Source of the DNA: Octopus vulgaris
Taxonomy: Eukaryota
NCBI GenBank assembly: GCA_951406725.2
Contig: OX597837.1
Location: forward strand, 11,222,001-11,286,000
DNA length: 64,000 nt
Reading direction: 5' to 3'
Shown: positions 14,436-27,747 of the stretch, piece by piece
How the letters are laid out: each line of letters opens with the position of its first letter
Numbering within the stretch: the first letter of the stretch is position 1
Position numbers and translations under genes: made by a program
The notes under the pieces: model-generated
What the model was told of the DNA's origin: nothing
The model's input: only the letters and a program-made list of their open reading frames with translations
Database searches by the model: none

Positions 14436-14660
14436 AGGTTTTGTTGGAGTTCCTCGAGTCTTATATGCCATATACAGGCCTTATAAGGCCTTTGTATGCT
14501 GTGCACAGGTCCCCTTTTTTTCTATGTATACCGTGTATTCTTATTTTCTTTCCTTCTTTCTTTCACTTTTTTAGTCATTCCATTATATGTAAACCCTAAC
14601 ACCCCATGTCTGTCTTTGTATTGACCCTTCATCCTTCGCCCTTGTGGAAACTAAATTAGA
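14436..14660 (+). mobile_element. 3' UTR of a LINE-like element ending in (TAT)n
   Basis: Homologous to the reverse complement of 15218-15380 (AGGCCTTTGTATG...TCCTTCGCCC..GTGGAAA). Confidence 0.55.
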
Positions 14661-14666
14661 TTATTG

Positions 14667-14715
<49 letters not shown>

Positions 14716-15012
14716 GTTTTTTCCTTCTTTCTTCAAATTTTCTTCCGTTTCTCGCCGGGTGTTTTCCGTACACCTAGGGCAGAGAAGCTCATTGTATGCA
14801 TTCCCAGATTACACACGCAAATTCACAGATAAAATATGTATCTAAAAATTAATAAATAAATAAATTCATGGATGTTGTTTTCACAGCGATAATGCTCTTC
14901 TCAGTACACGAGCCGTTCCAGTTAATACGATTTTTTGCACTTCCTGTAGGGATGGTAAGCCTGGAATCATTTTCAAATAGGTTTCAGTACCTTTTTTTTA
15001 TCATTCCTAGAG
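14716..15012 (-). mobile_element. R4/Dong-clade non-LTR retrotransposon 3' end inside (TAA)n
   Basis: Minus frame reads LGMIKKGTETYLKMIPGLPSLQEVQKIVLTGTARVLRRALSL*, a typical R4/Dong C-terminus; TAA repeats on both sides. Confidence 0.8.
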
Positions 15013-15072
<60 letters not shown>

Positions 15073-15111
15073 GTTATTATTATTATTTTTATTATTATTA
15101 TTATTATTATC

Positions 15112-15201
<90 letters not shown>

Positions 15202-15217
15202 AAGTAGTAGTAGTAGT

Positions 15218-15545
15218 ATGATTTATTTTCCACCAGGGCGAAGGACGAAGACAAGGTGTTGGGGTTTACATATAATGAGATGATAAAAAGGTTAAAAAAA
15301 TAAATAAATAAATAAATGAATAATACACGGTATACACAGAAAAAGAAGGGACCTATGCATACCATACAAAGGCCTTCCTGATAATGAAGGTCTCTAATGA
15401 TAATCGAAGAACCCCACTGTCCGAGATCTCCCTGAAATCCCAGGAGCAAATGCCCTCGCCAATTCCTTCTCTCCGACTCACAGGTCCCCACATAGAGAGA
15501 TATTACCCATTGTTGCCATTTTCGCAACTTTCATCCACTTTTCAA
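15218..15545 (-). mobile_element. LINE 3' end (possibly Tx1/L1-like) between trinucleotide repeats
   Basis: Minus frame WMKVAKMATMG followed by a UTR shared with 14436-14660. Clade is a guess. Confidence 0.45.
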
Positions 15546-15548
15546 GAA

Positions 15549-15593
<45 letters not shown>

Positions 15594-16169
15594 GTTGTTG
15601 TTGTTGTTGTTGCTGTTATTAATTTCGTTCATCATTACTTTATTGATTTTATTTAGATTTAGACAAATTGAAGCAGGTCTTTGACAATTCTGGAGTGTAT
15701 GGAACCCATTTTGTGCGTGACCTCTGGTCAACCCTATTATGTTATACACAACCTATATAAAATTATGTAATATATACATATATACATACTTGATTATAAG
15801 TTTATATAAACTTGGCAAACGAAACCAGATTCTCTCTTACAAGTTCAGAATCTTATTCGTGGTAAACCTTCAGTAGAATTGTGTTGATAAATTAATCTAT
15901 TTTAGCCATTTTTGCGCAACGCTGATACTTTGATCTTCACCGTTCTTCGATTTTCTACAACATGCTGATACATATCATGATATATGCGTTTAATCCGTGT
16001 TATATAACTATATCGATTCTTAACTCAGCTTTAGCGCCGCTGGATACGTCAGGGTTTCCGATGAAAATTTGTAACTATATTTCATTTTGTTATTACACCG
16101 ATTGTATTTAGATGTTCACCAACGTTTAACGTAATCTTGTTTTCAATAAATAATATAAATATGATACAT

Positions 16170-17126
16170 AGGCGCAGGAGTGGCTGTGTGGTAAGTAGCT
16201 TGCTAACCAACCACATGGTTCCGGGTTCAGTACCACTGCGTGGCATCTTGGGCAAGTGTCTTCTGCTATAGCCCCGGGCCGACCAATGCCTTGTGAGTGG
16301 ATTTGGTAGACGGAAACTGAAGAAGCCTGTCATATATATGTATTTATATAGGCGCAGGAGTGGCTGTGTGGTAAGTAGCTTGCTAACCAACCACATGGTT
16401 CCGGGTTCAGTCCCACTGCATGGCATCTTGGGCAAGTGTCTTCTACAATAGCCTCGGGCCGACCAATGCCTTGTGAGTGGATTTGGTAGACGGAAACTGA
16501 AAGAAGCCTGTCGTATATATATAGGCGCAGGAGTGGCTGTGTCGTAAGTAGCTTGCTAACCAGCCACATGGTTCCGGGTTCAGTCCCACTGCGTGGCATC
16601 TTGGGCAAGTGTCTTCTGCTATAGCCCCGGGCCGACCAATGCCTTGTGAGTGGATTTGGTAGACGGAAACTGAAAGAAGCCTGTCGTATATATGTATGTA
16701 TGTGTGTGTATGTGTTTGTGTGTCTGTGTTTGTCCCCTTAGCATTGCTTGACAACCGATGCTGGTGTGTTTACATCTTGGGCAAGTGTTTTCTGCTATAG
16801 CCCCGGGCCGACCAATGCCTTGTGAGTGGATTTGGTAGACGGAAACTGAAAGAAGCCTGTCGTATATATGTATATATATATATATGTATGTGTGTGTATG
16901 TGTTTGTGTGTCTGTGTTTGTGTGTCCCCTTAGCATTGCTTGACAACCGATGCTGGTGTGTTTACGTCTCCGTCACCTAGCGGTTCGGCAAAAGAGACCG
17001 ATAAAATAAGTACTGGGCTTACAAAAAAGAATAAGTCCCGGGGTCGAGTTGCTCGACTAAAGGCGGTGCTCCAGCGTGGCCGCAGTCAAATGACTGAAAC
17101 AAGTAAAAGAGTAAAAGAGTAAAGAG
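16170..17126 (+). mobile_element. SINE family A tandem array (three heads plus a partial restart, one tail)
   Basis: AGGCGCAGGAGTGGCTGTG at ~16170, 16350 and 16523; internal restart at ~16772; single tail ending ~17126. Confidence 0.9.
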
Positions 17127-17526
17127 ATTATTATTACAAGTAAGGCCGCGAGTCGGCAGAATTATTAGCACGCCGTGCGAAAATCTTATCGGTATTTAGT
17201 CTTCGGGATCGATGTAATCGTCCAGCCCTTACAGCCCCACGAAATTTCAGACGTTGTGCCTTCAGCAGAAGAAAAAGGCTATAAAATCTGCTAACACTCA
17301 CAGGTCCTATCAAAGCCCCTAGTGTCACAGTTACAGATTCAGAGATCGCTGTCCTGTGAACAGATAGGCCGTGCAGTTTATGGGACAAGCTCTCTCTCTA
17401 AGCTTTTTCTTTTCCCAATGTGTTTCAGATTTAATTGAAACTTACGAGAATTACAAACGTACAAACCTACCATATTTACTCGCGTAAAGGTGTTTTCCTC
17501 GCGCGTGTGTACATGGTGCACCCCAA

Positions 17527-17579
17527 TTATTATTATTATTATCATTATTATTATTATTATTATTATTATTACAATTATT

Positions 17580-17629
<50 letters not shown>

Positions 17630-17660
17630 CATTATTATTATTATTATTAGTATTATTATC

Positions 17661-17728
<68 letters not shown>

Positions 17729-17735
17729 AATTATT

Positions 17736-17785
<50 letters not shown>

Positions 17786-17814
17786 CATTATTATTATTAT
17801 TATTAGTATTATTA

Positions 17815-17854
<40 letters not shown>

Positions 17855-17909
17855 CATTATTATTATTATTATTAGTATTATTATCATTATTATTATTATT
17901 ATTAGTATT

Positions 17910-17974
<65 letters not shown>

Positions 17975-18244
17975 CATTATTATATGTTTGACTTTTGCTT
18001 TATGTCTGCACAAGTTGGCTCCAAGTCTCACCCAGAGACCTCAAGAGACAACAGGTTGGAAGTTCACGTTGTTGTTATGCCTAGTGTGCCATATATTTGG
18101 GGGTTTTTTTTGGTGTTGTACTAGTGAATGTCTAATAAATAAATTTAAAAAAAAATTTTTTTTAAGTTTGTTTTAAACCTTGGGATTACATAGAGAGTAT
18201 TTTGCGTAGGATATGAACAGTTCCCATGAGCACTATCTTATTAA

Positions 18245-18289
<45 letters not shown>

Positions 18290-18298
18290 TACTACTAC

Positions 18299-18331
<33 letters not shown>

Positions 18332-18526
18332 TAATATTATAATTATTATTATTATTACTAATATTATTATTATTATTACTATTATTATTATTATTATTAC
18401 TATTATTATTATTATTATTATTATTAATATTATTATTACTATTATTACTATTATTATTACTATTATTATTATTACTATTATTATTATTATTATTATTACT
18501 ATTATTATTATTATTATTATTATTAC

Positions 18527-18562
<36 letters not shown>

Positions 18563-18576
18563 TATCATTATTATTA

Positions 18577-18610
<34 letters not shown>

Positions 18611-18674
18611 CATTATTATTATCATCACCATCATTATTATTATCATTATTATTATTAATAATATTATTATTATT
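17527..18674. repeat. (TAA)n arrays with an internal retroelement island
   Basis: Direct reading. Confidence 0.95.
17985..18240 (-). mobile_element. R4/Dong-clade 3' end inside (TAA)n
   Basis: Minus frame KIVLMGTVHILRKILSM* followed by a 3' UTR; different subfamily from 14716-15012. Confidence 0.8.
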
Positions 18675-19262
18675 AAAATCAAGTACAAAATAGTACGACA
18701 TATACACGAGGATATACGGTAGTTGTTAGCTGAGCGTTCATACAACGCACAACAATTTGAACAATGGCGCCGATGGAATATTTAACCGTTAATTTCCACA
18801 TTAGTTTAACGAAATACACGAATAACCATAAATCTGAAGAGAGTTTCATTTTGTTTTAGCTTCATTTTGGTATATCATGAATATTCATATTTAGAAAACG
18901 TGGATAAATGTTGAATATACATTAGCTTTTCTTGCATATGATGTTAAGCCATGTATTACTTTTCGCCATTGCTATGTGTACAATAATATTCTGCTGTTCA
19001 ATTGGATTATATCATTAAGCATTCTTTCTCATTCCATTAAATTGTTTCTTTCGTATTTGACATTTCAGAGAATTCTATAGAATATCAAAAATATTCGTTC
19101 CGTAAAATTCTTTACACCTTAATTCAAATTCTTAAATCGAAATTAATATTAAAGCAAATATTTATTCTTAATTTTTACCAGGTAATCACGACCGAGCTCA
19201 TTCTCTCTCTCTCTCCCTCTCTCCTCCTCTCTTTGTGCATATATATATGTACAACTACTTAC

Positions 19263-19454
<192 letters not shown>

Positions 19455-19466
19455 ATATCTACCTAC

Positions 19467-19530
<64 letters not shown>

Positions 19531-19689
19531 ATACTTTCAAACGTGCATGCACATATGCATATATACATATGTATGTACAGACATACAAACATGCACAGAC
19601 ACGCGTATGTATATGCGTCTATGTGCATATGTGCATGTATGTATATGCATGTATGTAAGAATGTACGTATCTATATACACAGAATGTAA

Positions 19690-20100
19690 CGAGCTTGCTT
19701 ATGAACCACATGGTTCCGGGTACAGTCCCACTGCGTAGCCCCTTGGGCAAGTGTCTTCTGCTATAGCATCGGGCTGACCAAAGCCTTGTGAGTGAATTTA
19801 GTAGACGGAAACTGAAAGAAGCCCGTCGTATAAATGTATATATATATGTATGTATGTATATATGTATGTATGTATGTGTGTGTGTGTGTGTGTGTGTCTG
19901 TGTTTGTGTGTCTGTGTTTGACCCCCAACATTGCTTGACAACCGATGCTGGTGTGTTTATGTCCCCGTAACTTAGCGGTCTGGCAAAAAAGACCGATAGA
20001 ATAAGTACTAGGCTTACAACGAATAAGTCCTGGCGTAGATTTGCTGGACTAAAGGCGGTGCTCCAGCATGGCCACAGTCAAATGATTGAAACAAGTAAAT
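19690..20100 (+). mobile_element. SINE family A, slightly 5'-truncated
   Basis: Homology to the other copies. Confidence 0.85.
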
Positions 20101-20377
20101 GAATGAATAAATAAATAAATGAATATCTGTATATACAAGCATATATGGGCACAGGGCATCACGGAACGTAAACAACATAAAATAAACATAGAATACGAAA
20201 ACAATATGAAATACGAAATACGAAAACATGGAATACGAACTTTTTTTGCGAACAACGAAAGAAACAAACGGAAAACAAGACAAGCAACACGAAAAAAATG
20301 ACCTTTCATCAGTTGTTGGCTGCTTTTCTACTTAGTATTTCGAGCATTTTACAACATACACACACACACACATATAT

Positions 20378-20884
20378 GTGGAGGCACGATGGCCCAGTGG
20401 TTAGGGCGGCGGACTCGCGGTCGTAGGATCGCGGTTTCGATTCCCAGACCGGGCATTGTGAGTGTTTATTGAGCAAAAACGTCTAAAGCTCCACGAGGCT
20501 CCGGCAGGGAGTGGTGGTGAACCCTGCTGTACTCTTTCACCACACCTTTCTCTCACTCTTTCTTCCTGTTTCTGTTGTACCTGTATTTCAAAGGGTCAGG
20601 CTTGTCACACTCTGTATCACGTTGAATCTCCCCGAGAACTACGTTTAGGGTACACGCGTCTGTGAAATGCTCGGCTACTTTCATGTTAATAAATGAGCTG
20701 CGATGTCACTGGTGTCAAGCTGTATCGACCTCTGCCTTTTCCCTTGGATAACATCGGTGGTGTGGAGAGGGGAGGCAGGTATGCATGGGCGGCTGCTGGT
20801 CTTCCATAAACAACATTGGCCGGACTTGTGCCTCGGAGGGTTACTTTCTAGGTGCAATCCCATGGTTATTCATGACCGAAGGGC
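20378..20884 (+). mobile_element. Chimeric SINE: family D head joined to family C 3' half
   Basis: 20378-20565 matches family D (52269-52572 rc); 20690-20884 matches 9355-9542. Confidence 0.75.
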
Positions 20885-20894
20885 ATCACAACAA

Positions 20895-20931
<37 letters not shown>

Positions 20932-20952
20932 CATTCATACGCACACACATAC

Positions 20953-21079
<127 letters not shown>

Positions 21080-21236
21080 TCAATAAATGGTGGGGTTGTG
21101 TTGACCGCATGTTGAGAATTGATAAGCAAGTAAACATTGTAAAAAGGCAGAATGCTAAATTGAAAGAAAATTTTTATGAAAATGGGTGTATGGAAAAGTT
21201 TTTGAAAAATTGATAAAATATATATATATATATATT

Positions 21237-21278
21237 AATTCAAACCGGTTTTCGTCATAATGTGACTTTTCAAGAATT
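21237..21278 (-). ncRNA. Type I hammerhead ribozyme, U3-A8 core variant
   Basis: AAUUC-UUGAAAA-GUCA-CAUUA-UGAC-GAAA-ACCGGU-UU-GAAUU; all three stems pair and stem III is palindromic. Confidence 0.75.
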
Positions 21279-21820
21279 ATAAAAAAAAAATTTTTTTAAA
21301 TGTGAGTAGGGGTTAAAAAGAAAATTACATTGTTTTTTGCAAAAAAATAACAATAAATACATACAAAAATTAAAAAATAGGTACTCCGATACATTGTAAA
21401 GTCTTTGTCTATCTTGAGTTTAATGATTGTTCATGAAAAAATTACCTTGAAGTATTGAGATCCAATGGGATTAAATCCATGTGTTGTTTAATTTAATTAA
21501 GGGTGTCTCTCAAGTGGATGGCAAAACAGGAAGTAGTAGTAGTCCAGTTCCTGTGTTGTGAATAAGGGGAGACAACTCTATGGGTTTTAAGCTCTTCAAT
21601 TTGTGTTTATCAATTTTTTGTAATAAAGGGTGTTAATAAACCTTAAATTATAAAATTATCATTTTAGCTTCATTTGCATTATCTTTTTTATATAATTGTT
21701 TGCTAACTTAACATTCAGATTTTAACACTTTATTTATATTATTTTCTAATTATATAAATTTGCATAAACCATAAAATTTTCTTTCAATTTAGCATTCTGC
21801 TTTTTTACAATTTTTCCTTG

Positions 21821-21856
<36 letters not shown>

Positions 21857-21857
<1 letters not shown>

Positions 21858-22201
21858 CAAATAAGAAAATGGAGAAACAATTTAGTTGGTTCATTCGCTT
21901 TAGAATATTAGAATATTGATTTATTTATTTATTTAACAATAACGAGAACCTTAATAACATGCATATATACATTATAATTCAATACATATAAGATAAGAAT
22001 ACAATTATAAAAATCTTAATATAAATTATTGGAATCATTAAGGTTTTTATAATTGTATTCTTATCTTATATGTATTGAATTATATTGTATATATGTATGT
22101 TATTAAGGTTCTCGTTTTTGTTAAATAAATAAATAATTCAACATTCTAATATCCTGAAGCTGATGAACCAACTAGTGTGTTTCTCCATTTTCTTATTTGT
22201 A
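21857..22201. repeat. Older long inverted repeat (~165-bp arms) next to (TA)n
   Basis: 21857-22020 vs 22037-22201 with several mismatches. Confidence 0.88.
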
Positions 22202-22836
22202 ATATAAATTAATGGTAAAATATTTCTTTACCTTCACCCATTTAATGCAATAAGTAAGTTTATTGCATTGCAATTAAAAACACTTGTGTATTAATAATTT
22301 GGGTATTATACCAACAGTATATTGGATAAGTATTATCCCTTAGTTGGTTGGATCCACAACCCCTAACTTGGTGTTATATATATATATATACATTCATACA
22401 TGCATATGCGTATTTGTTGCATCACAACTCATGGGATATAAATATTTCTTATTCATAAGCTTTACAAATGTAAGCGTAGGTGTGGCTGTGTGGGAAGAAA
22501 TTTGCTGCCCAACCAAATGGTTCCAGGTTCAATCCTCCTGATAGGACATCTTGGGAAAATGTCTTCTACTATAGCTGTGAGACGGAGCACGTTGTATTTT
22601 AGCCAAATATAAATAATCGGCCAATTACTTTTTTGTCAGGATTGGTAAGCAGCCACACAATGCACGGCAAATTTCCCCGTTGTTCCATGTGAATTTGAAA
22701 TTTGAGCAAATCAAGAAATCATTGTCTGCGAGCAACTTTTTAAGTATTTAAACAGAATGAAAGTCGTTTCTGCTTCTGGCCTTCTCTTAAACCTTACCAG
22801 GAGCCAAGAGTAAGCTGTTTCATTCAACTTTAACTT

Positions 22837-22885
<49 letters not shown>

Positions 22886-24028
22886 ATCTCTTCAATTTAT
22901 CTAGTTGTTATCATTTGAAATATTCTTCACAAAATAGTTCTTATCAGTTTCACTACAAGTGCTTAAATCTAATTTTCTCTTTATTGGTTTCCAATTTTGG
23001 CACAAGGCCTGCTACTTAGTTTATCGATCCTGAAAGGTAAAGTCGACACCTTGGCGGAATTTGAACCCAGGACGTAAAGGTGGCCGAAATGCCGCTAGCC
23101 ATTCTTCCTGTTGTGCTAACAATTCTGCCAGCTCGCTACATTGATTTTCTCTATATTTCTGACCATTTATCTGTTCGCACACATACACCACAAATTATAC
23201 CATTGACACCAATATTTGCGACACATTTTATCCGACTGATATAGTAAGACCCGAATATATATAATTGTATTTTTAGAAACTCAATTTTTAAAACTTTTCT
23301 TCGTTGATCTTCTAAACATTCTTTGTTTGAATAATATCCTGAAATCTGTATTCTTAAATCTCATGTTGCCTTTGTGTTTATCGAATTATTCCGCCAACAA
23401 ATCGGAAAGATCTATTTTACGTATGTTGGAAATATACGACAAAAAGAAATCTAAGCATAATTTTCTTCGTTATCCCTGCCAGCCATCTTTAATTTCTTAC
23501 ATAAATATTAAATTAAAATAAGCGCTGGTGTCTGTGTGATCGATTAACCCATAAAGGCGTCGACCCCGTTTGACCATGGTTCAAGTGTGATATAGAGAAC
23601 GAGGATCTCATGTGATGAGGCTGACATAGATAAAGAAATATAGAAGTGATCACGGTGATCACGAGGTAGAGGTAAAGGAAAGAAACGAAGGGTGAGAGCA
23701 GGAAAGATAAATGGTGATGAAGACGATGAAAAAGGTAGAAATAGATTAGCAGAAATAAAGATAGAGAGATGCATAGAGAGCAAACGATACGTAGCGAGAA
23801 AGAGATGCATAGGTCGAGAGTATGCGATACAAAGTGGTCAGGTGTACAATAGATGAGAGAGAAAGATATAGAGATATACAGCGAAAGAGAAATATAGAGA
23901 AAGATGCACCGATGCAAACAGAGAGAAAGAGGGAGAGGAGGCGGCGGCGGCGGTGAAGAAAAGCGGTTATATATGTCATATATATTAGTTACGATATTAG
24001 ATTTTCAAAGAATGAGACAGAGAGATAG

Positions 24029-24079
<51 letters not shown>

Positions 24080-24446
24080 ATCAACTAATGAGGGTGAGAA
24101 AGTTGGATACTAATTTAATAGTACATCCATTTAACACCAAGTGGCTTAGTGCATAAAAACCCGGATTACGATACATTTTATACATAAATATAAGAGAGTA
24201 AATATAAGAGAGTAGACCATGTGGTCTACTCTAGCACGGCTGAAACCCAGCGGATCTATTTTTAGTGCTAGAGTAGACCACATGGTGGTTACTCTCTTAT
24301 ATATATATATATATATATATATATCACAATCAAGGAACGGCCATAATAGGCCATTCACCCACTAGAAATAACAGCCAAAGCTTCAACCGCAAAATAACAT
24401 TAATTCCGCAAACCAGGAGAAAATTAAAAAAACATTTACCCTGTAA

Positions 24447-24551
24447 TTTCTTATACGATGCACCGTTTCATCTATTGTTTAATGGTAAACCAACCTGATT
24501 AAATTAAATCAAGCCAATCTTCCATAGGCCGATAGATTCGTCAGTAAGAAA
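24447..24551 (-). ncRNA. Type I hammerhead ribozyme (mirror copy)
   Basis: Reverse complement of 24732-24836. Confidence 0.9.
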
Positions 24552-24731
24552 ACAGCCAGATCGGAACAGATATTTTCACGAGGCACTTCTCTCCCTGCCT
24601 CGGCAATATCTGACCTAAAATTTTCAAATCATCGCACTCGCGCCAAATTTATCGGCAGCAAATAAATATAAGCCGCCGATTCCATTAGGGAGAGAAGTGC
24701 CTCGTGAAAATATCTGTTCCGATCTGGCTGT

Positions 24732-24836
24732 TTTCTTACTGACGAATCTATCGGCCTATGGAAGATTGGCTTGATTTAATTTAATCAGGTTGGTTTACCA
24801 TTAAACAATAGATGAAACGGTGCATCGTATAAGAAA
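24732..24836 (+). ncRNA. Type I hammerhead ribozyme, long stem II
   Basis: UUUCUUA-CUGACGA-AUCUAU...AUAGAU-GAAA-CGGUGCAUCG-UA-UAAGAAA; 7-bp stem I; predicted cut after 24829. Confidence 0.92.
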
Positions 24837-25056
24837 TTACAGGGTAAATGTTTTTTTAATTTTCTCTTGGTTTGCGGAATTAATGTTATTTTGCAGTTGA
24901 AGCTTTGGCTGTTATTTCTAGTGGGTGAATGGCCTATTATGGCCGTTCCTTGATTGTGATGTTGAACTTATAAATGGTCTATGACTATTTAATCTTTTCC
25001 CACTAGGCCGCTGGTGGCAAAAAAATTCTACAAAATTTTTTGCCACCCTATATTGA

Positions 25057-25103
<47 letters not shown>

Positions 25104-25107
<4 letters not shown>

Positions 25108-25378
25108 CGTGATCAGATGTTGTTACACATCGCTGGTCACAATGCGCTTCGCATTGTCTTAGCCTTCAAATGACGCCACCCCGCTGGCTAAGCGACAGGC
25201 CAACAGAAGAAAGAGTGAGAGAAAGTTGTGGCGAAAGAGTACAGCAGGGTTCGCCAGCACCCCCTGCCGGAGCGTCGTGGAGCTTTAGGTGTTTTCGCTC
25301 AATAAACACGGACAATCGAAACCGCGATCCTCCGACTGCGAGTCCACTGCCCTAACCACTAGGCCATTGCGCCTCCAC
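25104..25378 (-). mobile_element. SINE family D with internal deletions
   Basis: Matches 52269-52572. Confidence 0.85.
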
Positions 25379-25387
25379 ACACACACA

Positions 25388-25419
<32 letters not shown>

Positions 25420-25420
25420 T

Positions 25421-25476
<56 letters not shown>

Positions 25477-27002
25477 AATTATTATTTGAGAGAATAAAAT
25501 CCAAACTCACAAGGAAAAAGAATTCAATTTAGAAATACTAAATCAAATTCCACACAATATAATAAATATATAAAAAAATATTAGAAAAACCCCCACCTTT
25601 TATCAATTCAAAATGAAGAATTAAATTACACCATCTAGAAAATTACATATAATAGAAAAGTTAAAATTAAAATTAAAATAAAAAGTAAAGATTAAGTAAA
25701 TTAGAAAAATAATGAAAATGTATGTAATAATATATATAAAATTCTATCTCTCTGTCTCATTCTCTGAAGATCTAATATCGTAACTCTAAAGCTAATAATG
25801 TACTTGTAACTTACTTTAAAGTGTCTCAAACAGAATCAGTAAATGGCAAAAAGGCTTGGGAACGTCAGAGGAACAGGTCTGACTCGGCAGGTGTCTCAGT
25901 GTATCACAGGCTGGCCCCGGTCGTCATCCTGCCACTATGGTCAAATAATCTTCAAGAAAAAGTAAAAATAAACATCCTTTGAATTTAAATAATGTAAATA
26001 CTTATCGGCCGCAGAAACCCGCGATATACTGAGCAGTCCGCGATATATGATTTACATATATCAAAATAGAAAAATCCGCGTGGGATTATTGTGTTCATTG
26101 AATCTGAGCGATTAGTGCAGAATGTCAGCGTTTAGTGGTGACTTTTTCGAAGTCTAGATGTAGCTCTGCAAAAAAAAAAAGAAAAAAAGAGGGGCAGAAA
26201 AAGAAAAATTGAAATAAATAATCCACATATACATTATATGTCAGATGAATATCTGAATGCAAAAGGAGCAGATGAATTTCTTCAAAACTCATAAATCAAC
26301 TTCACAAATCGGCATTTCGCTTTCTTCGTTTGTCTCTCTCTCTCTCTTCCTTACTGTCTCACTTTGTGTGCCTCTCTCTCCCCCTCTCTCTCTCCCTCTC
26401 TCTTTCTATTTTTATGTATCTTTTATCGTTTATAGTTTAACTGTTTCAGCCATGATGCAGCGCCACCTTCAAGGGTTTATTTATTTCTGTTTTTTACTTT
26501 TGCGCGCACATCGGCAACATTCATCAATTTATTGAATACAAGGTAAGTCCACATTAATTCGCATATTTGTTTTCTTGTGATTTACCTTGCATTTACTTCG
26601 CATTGCTTTGGCCTTACCCACGACCTTTTATACAATGTGTTTTTACTCTTTATCTTATATTAAACTTTTAATACTTTTTGATAGTTTATTAAAAAAAAAA
26701 TTATATTAATAAATAAATAAATAAATATGAAAATACAAAAATAAAAAAAAAATATAAATAAAAAATAAATAAATAATTAAATAAAATAATAAAAAAATAT
26801 ACATATATTTATAATCTATAAGTTTTAAATTATTAATTTAAATAATTTTTTTAAATTTTAACTTTAATTTAAATATTTTAATTGGATTTTTATATTTTAT
26901 ATTTTATATTTTTTATATATTCTTTCATTGATTTTATTTCTATGTATTGGCTTATGATTTTCACTGTTTGATTTACCTAATAGTGGTTTTATCTCTAATT
27001 TA

Positions 27003-27055
<53 letters not shown>

Positions 27056-27058
<3 letters not shown>

Positions 27059-27261
27059 ATCCAAACATGAAAACGCAAAGAGAAAACACAACAACGCGAG
27101 GACGTGGAACAAATATAGTATTATTGGACGCTCAGGAAGGAAGCGAAGAAGGAGGGCTAAACGTTTCGAGCGGAGCTCTTCGTCAGACACATAGGAAAAG
27201 GAAAGATCCAAAGAAGGGAAGACGGAGTAAAAAAAATCGCCAACGGTACACATGCGGTCAA

Positions 27262-27262
<1 letters not shown>
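27056..27262 (-). mobile_element. ~200-bp (TA)n-inserted element with a minimal HHR motif (27157-27190)
   Basis: CUGACGA-A-GAGC-UCC-GCUC-GAAA-CG-UU, with stem I broken in this copy; closely similar to 40460-40665. Confidence 0.7.
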
Positions 27263-27311
<49 letters not shown>

Positions 27312-27430
27312 TAATGAGAGTAGAAATTGATATCAATCAATTAACATCATCAATTTAAACCAGTGGTTTAGCATATTCAAAAAAATCCGAAGATTTAAAA
27401 ATTATATAACAATTAATGATGTATATATAT

Positions 27431-27659
27431 ATTTCTTTACTACCCACAAGGAACTAAACATAGAGGGGACAAACAAAGACAGACAAAGGGATTAAGTCGA
27501 TTACATCGACCCAGAGCGAAACTGGTACTTTATTTATCGACCCCGAGAGGATGAAAGGCAAAGTCGACCTCGGTGGAATTTAAACTCAGAACGTTACGAC
27601 AGACGAAATACTGCTAAGCATTTCGCCCGGCGCGCTAAAGTTTCTGCCAGCTCGCCGCC

Positions 27660-27660
<1 letters not shown>
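27431..27660 (-). mobile_element. SINE family B monomer
   Basis: Full-length homology to 39501-39731. Confidence 0.88.

Positions 27661-27747
<87 letters not shown>

Larger units (their letters stand above)
24323..24960. repeat. Inverted repeat with 274-bp arms and 90-bp spacer, one HHR per arm
   Basis: 24323-24596 vs 24687-24960; two transition differences seen; begins directly at a (TA)n tract. Confidence 0.95.
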
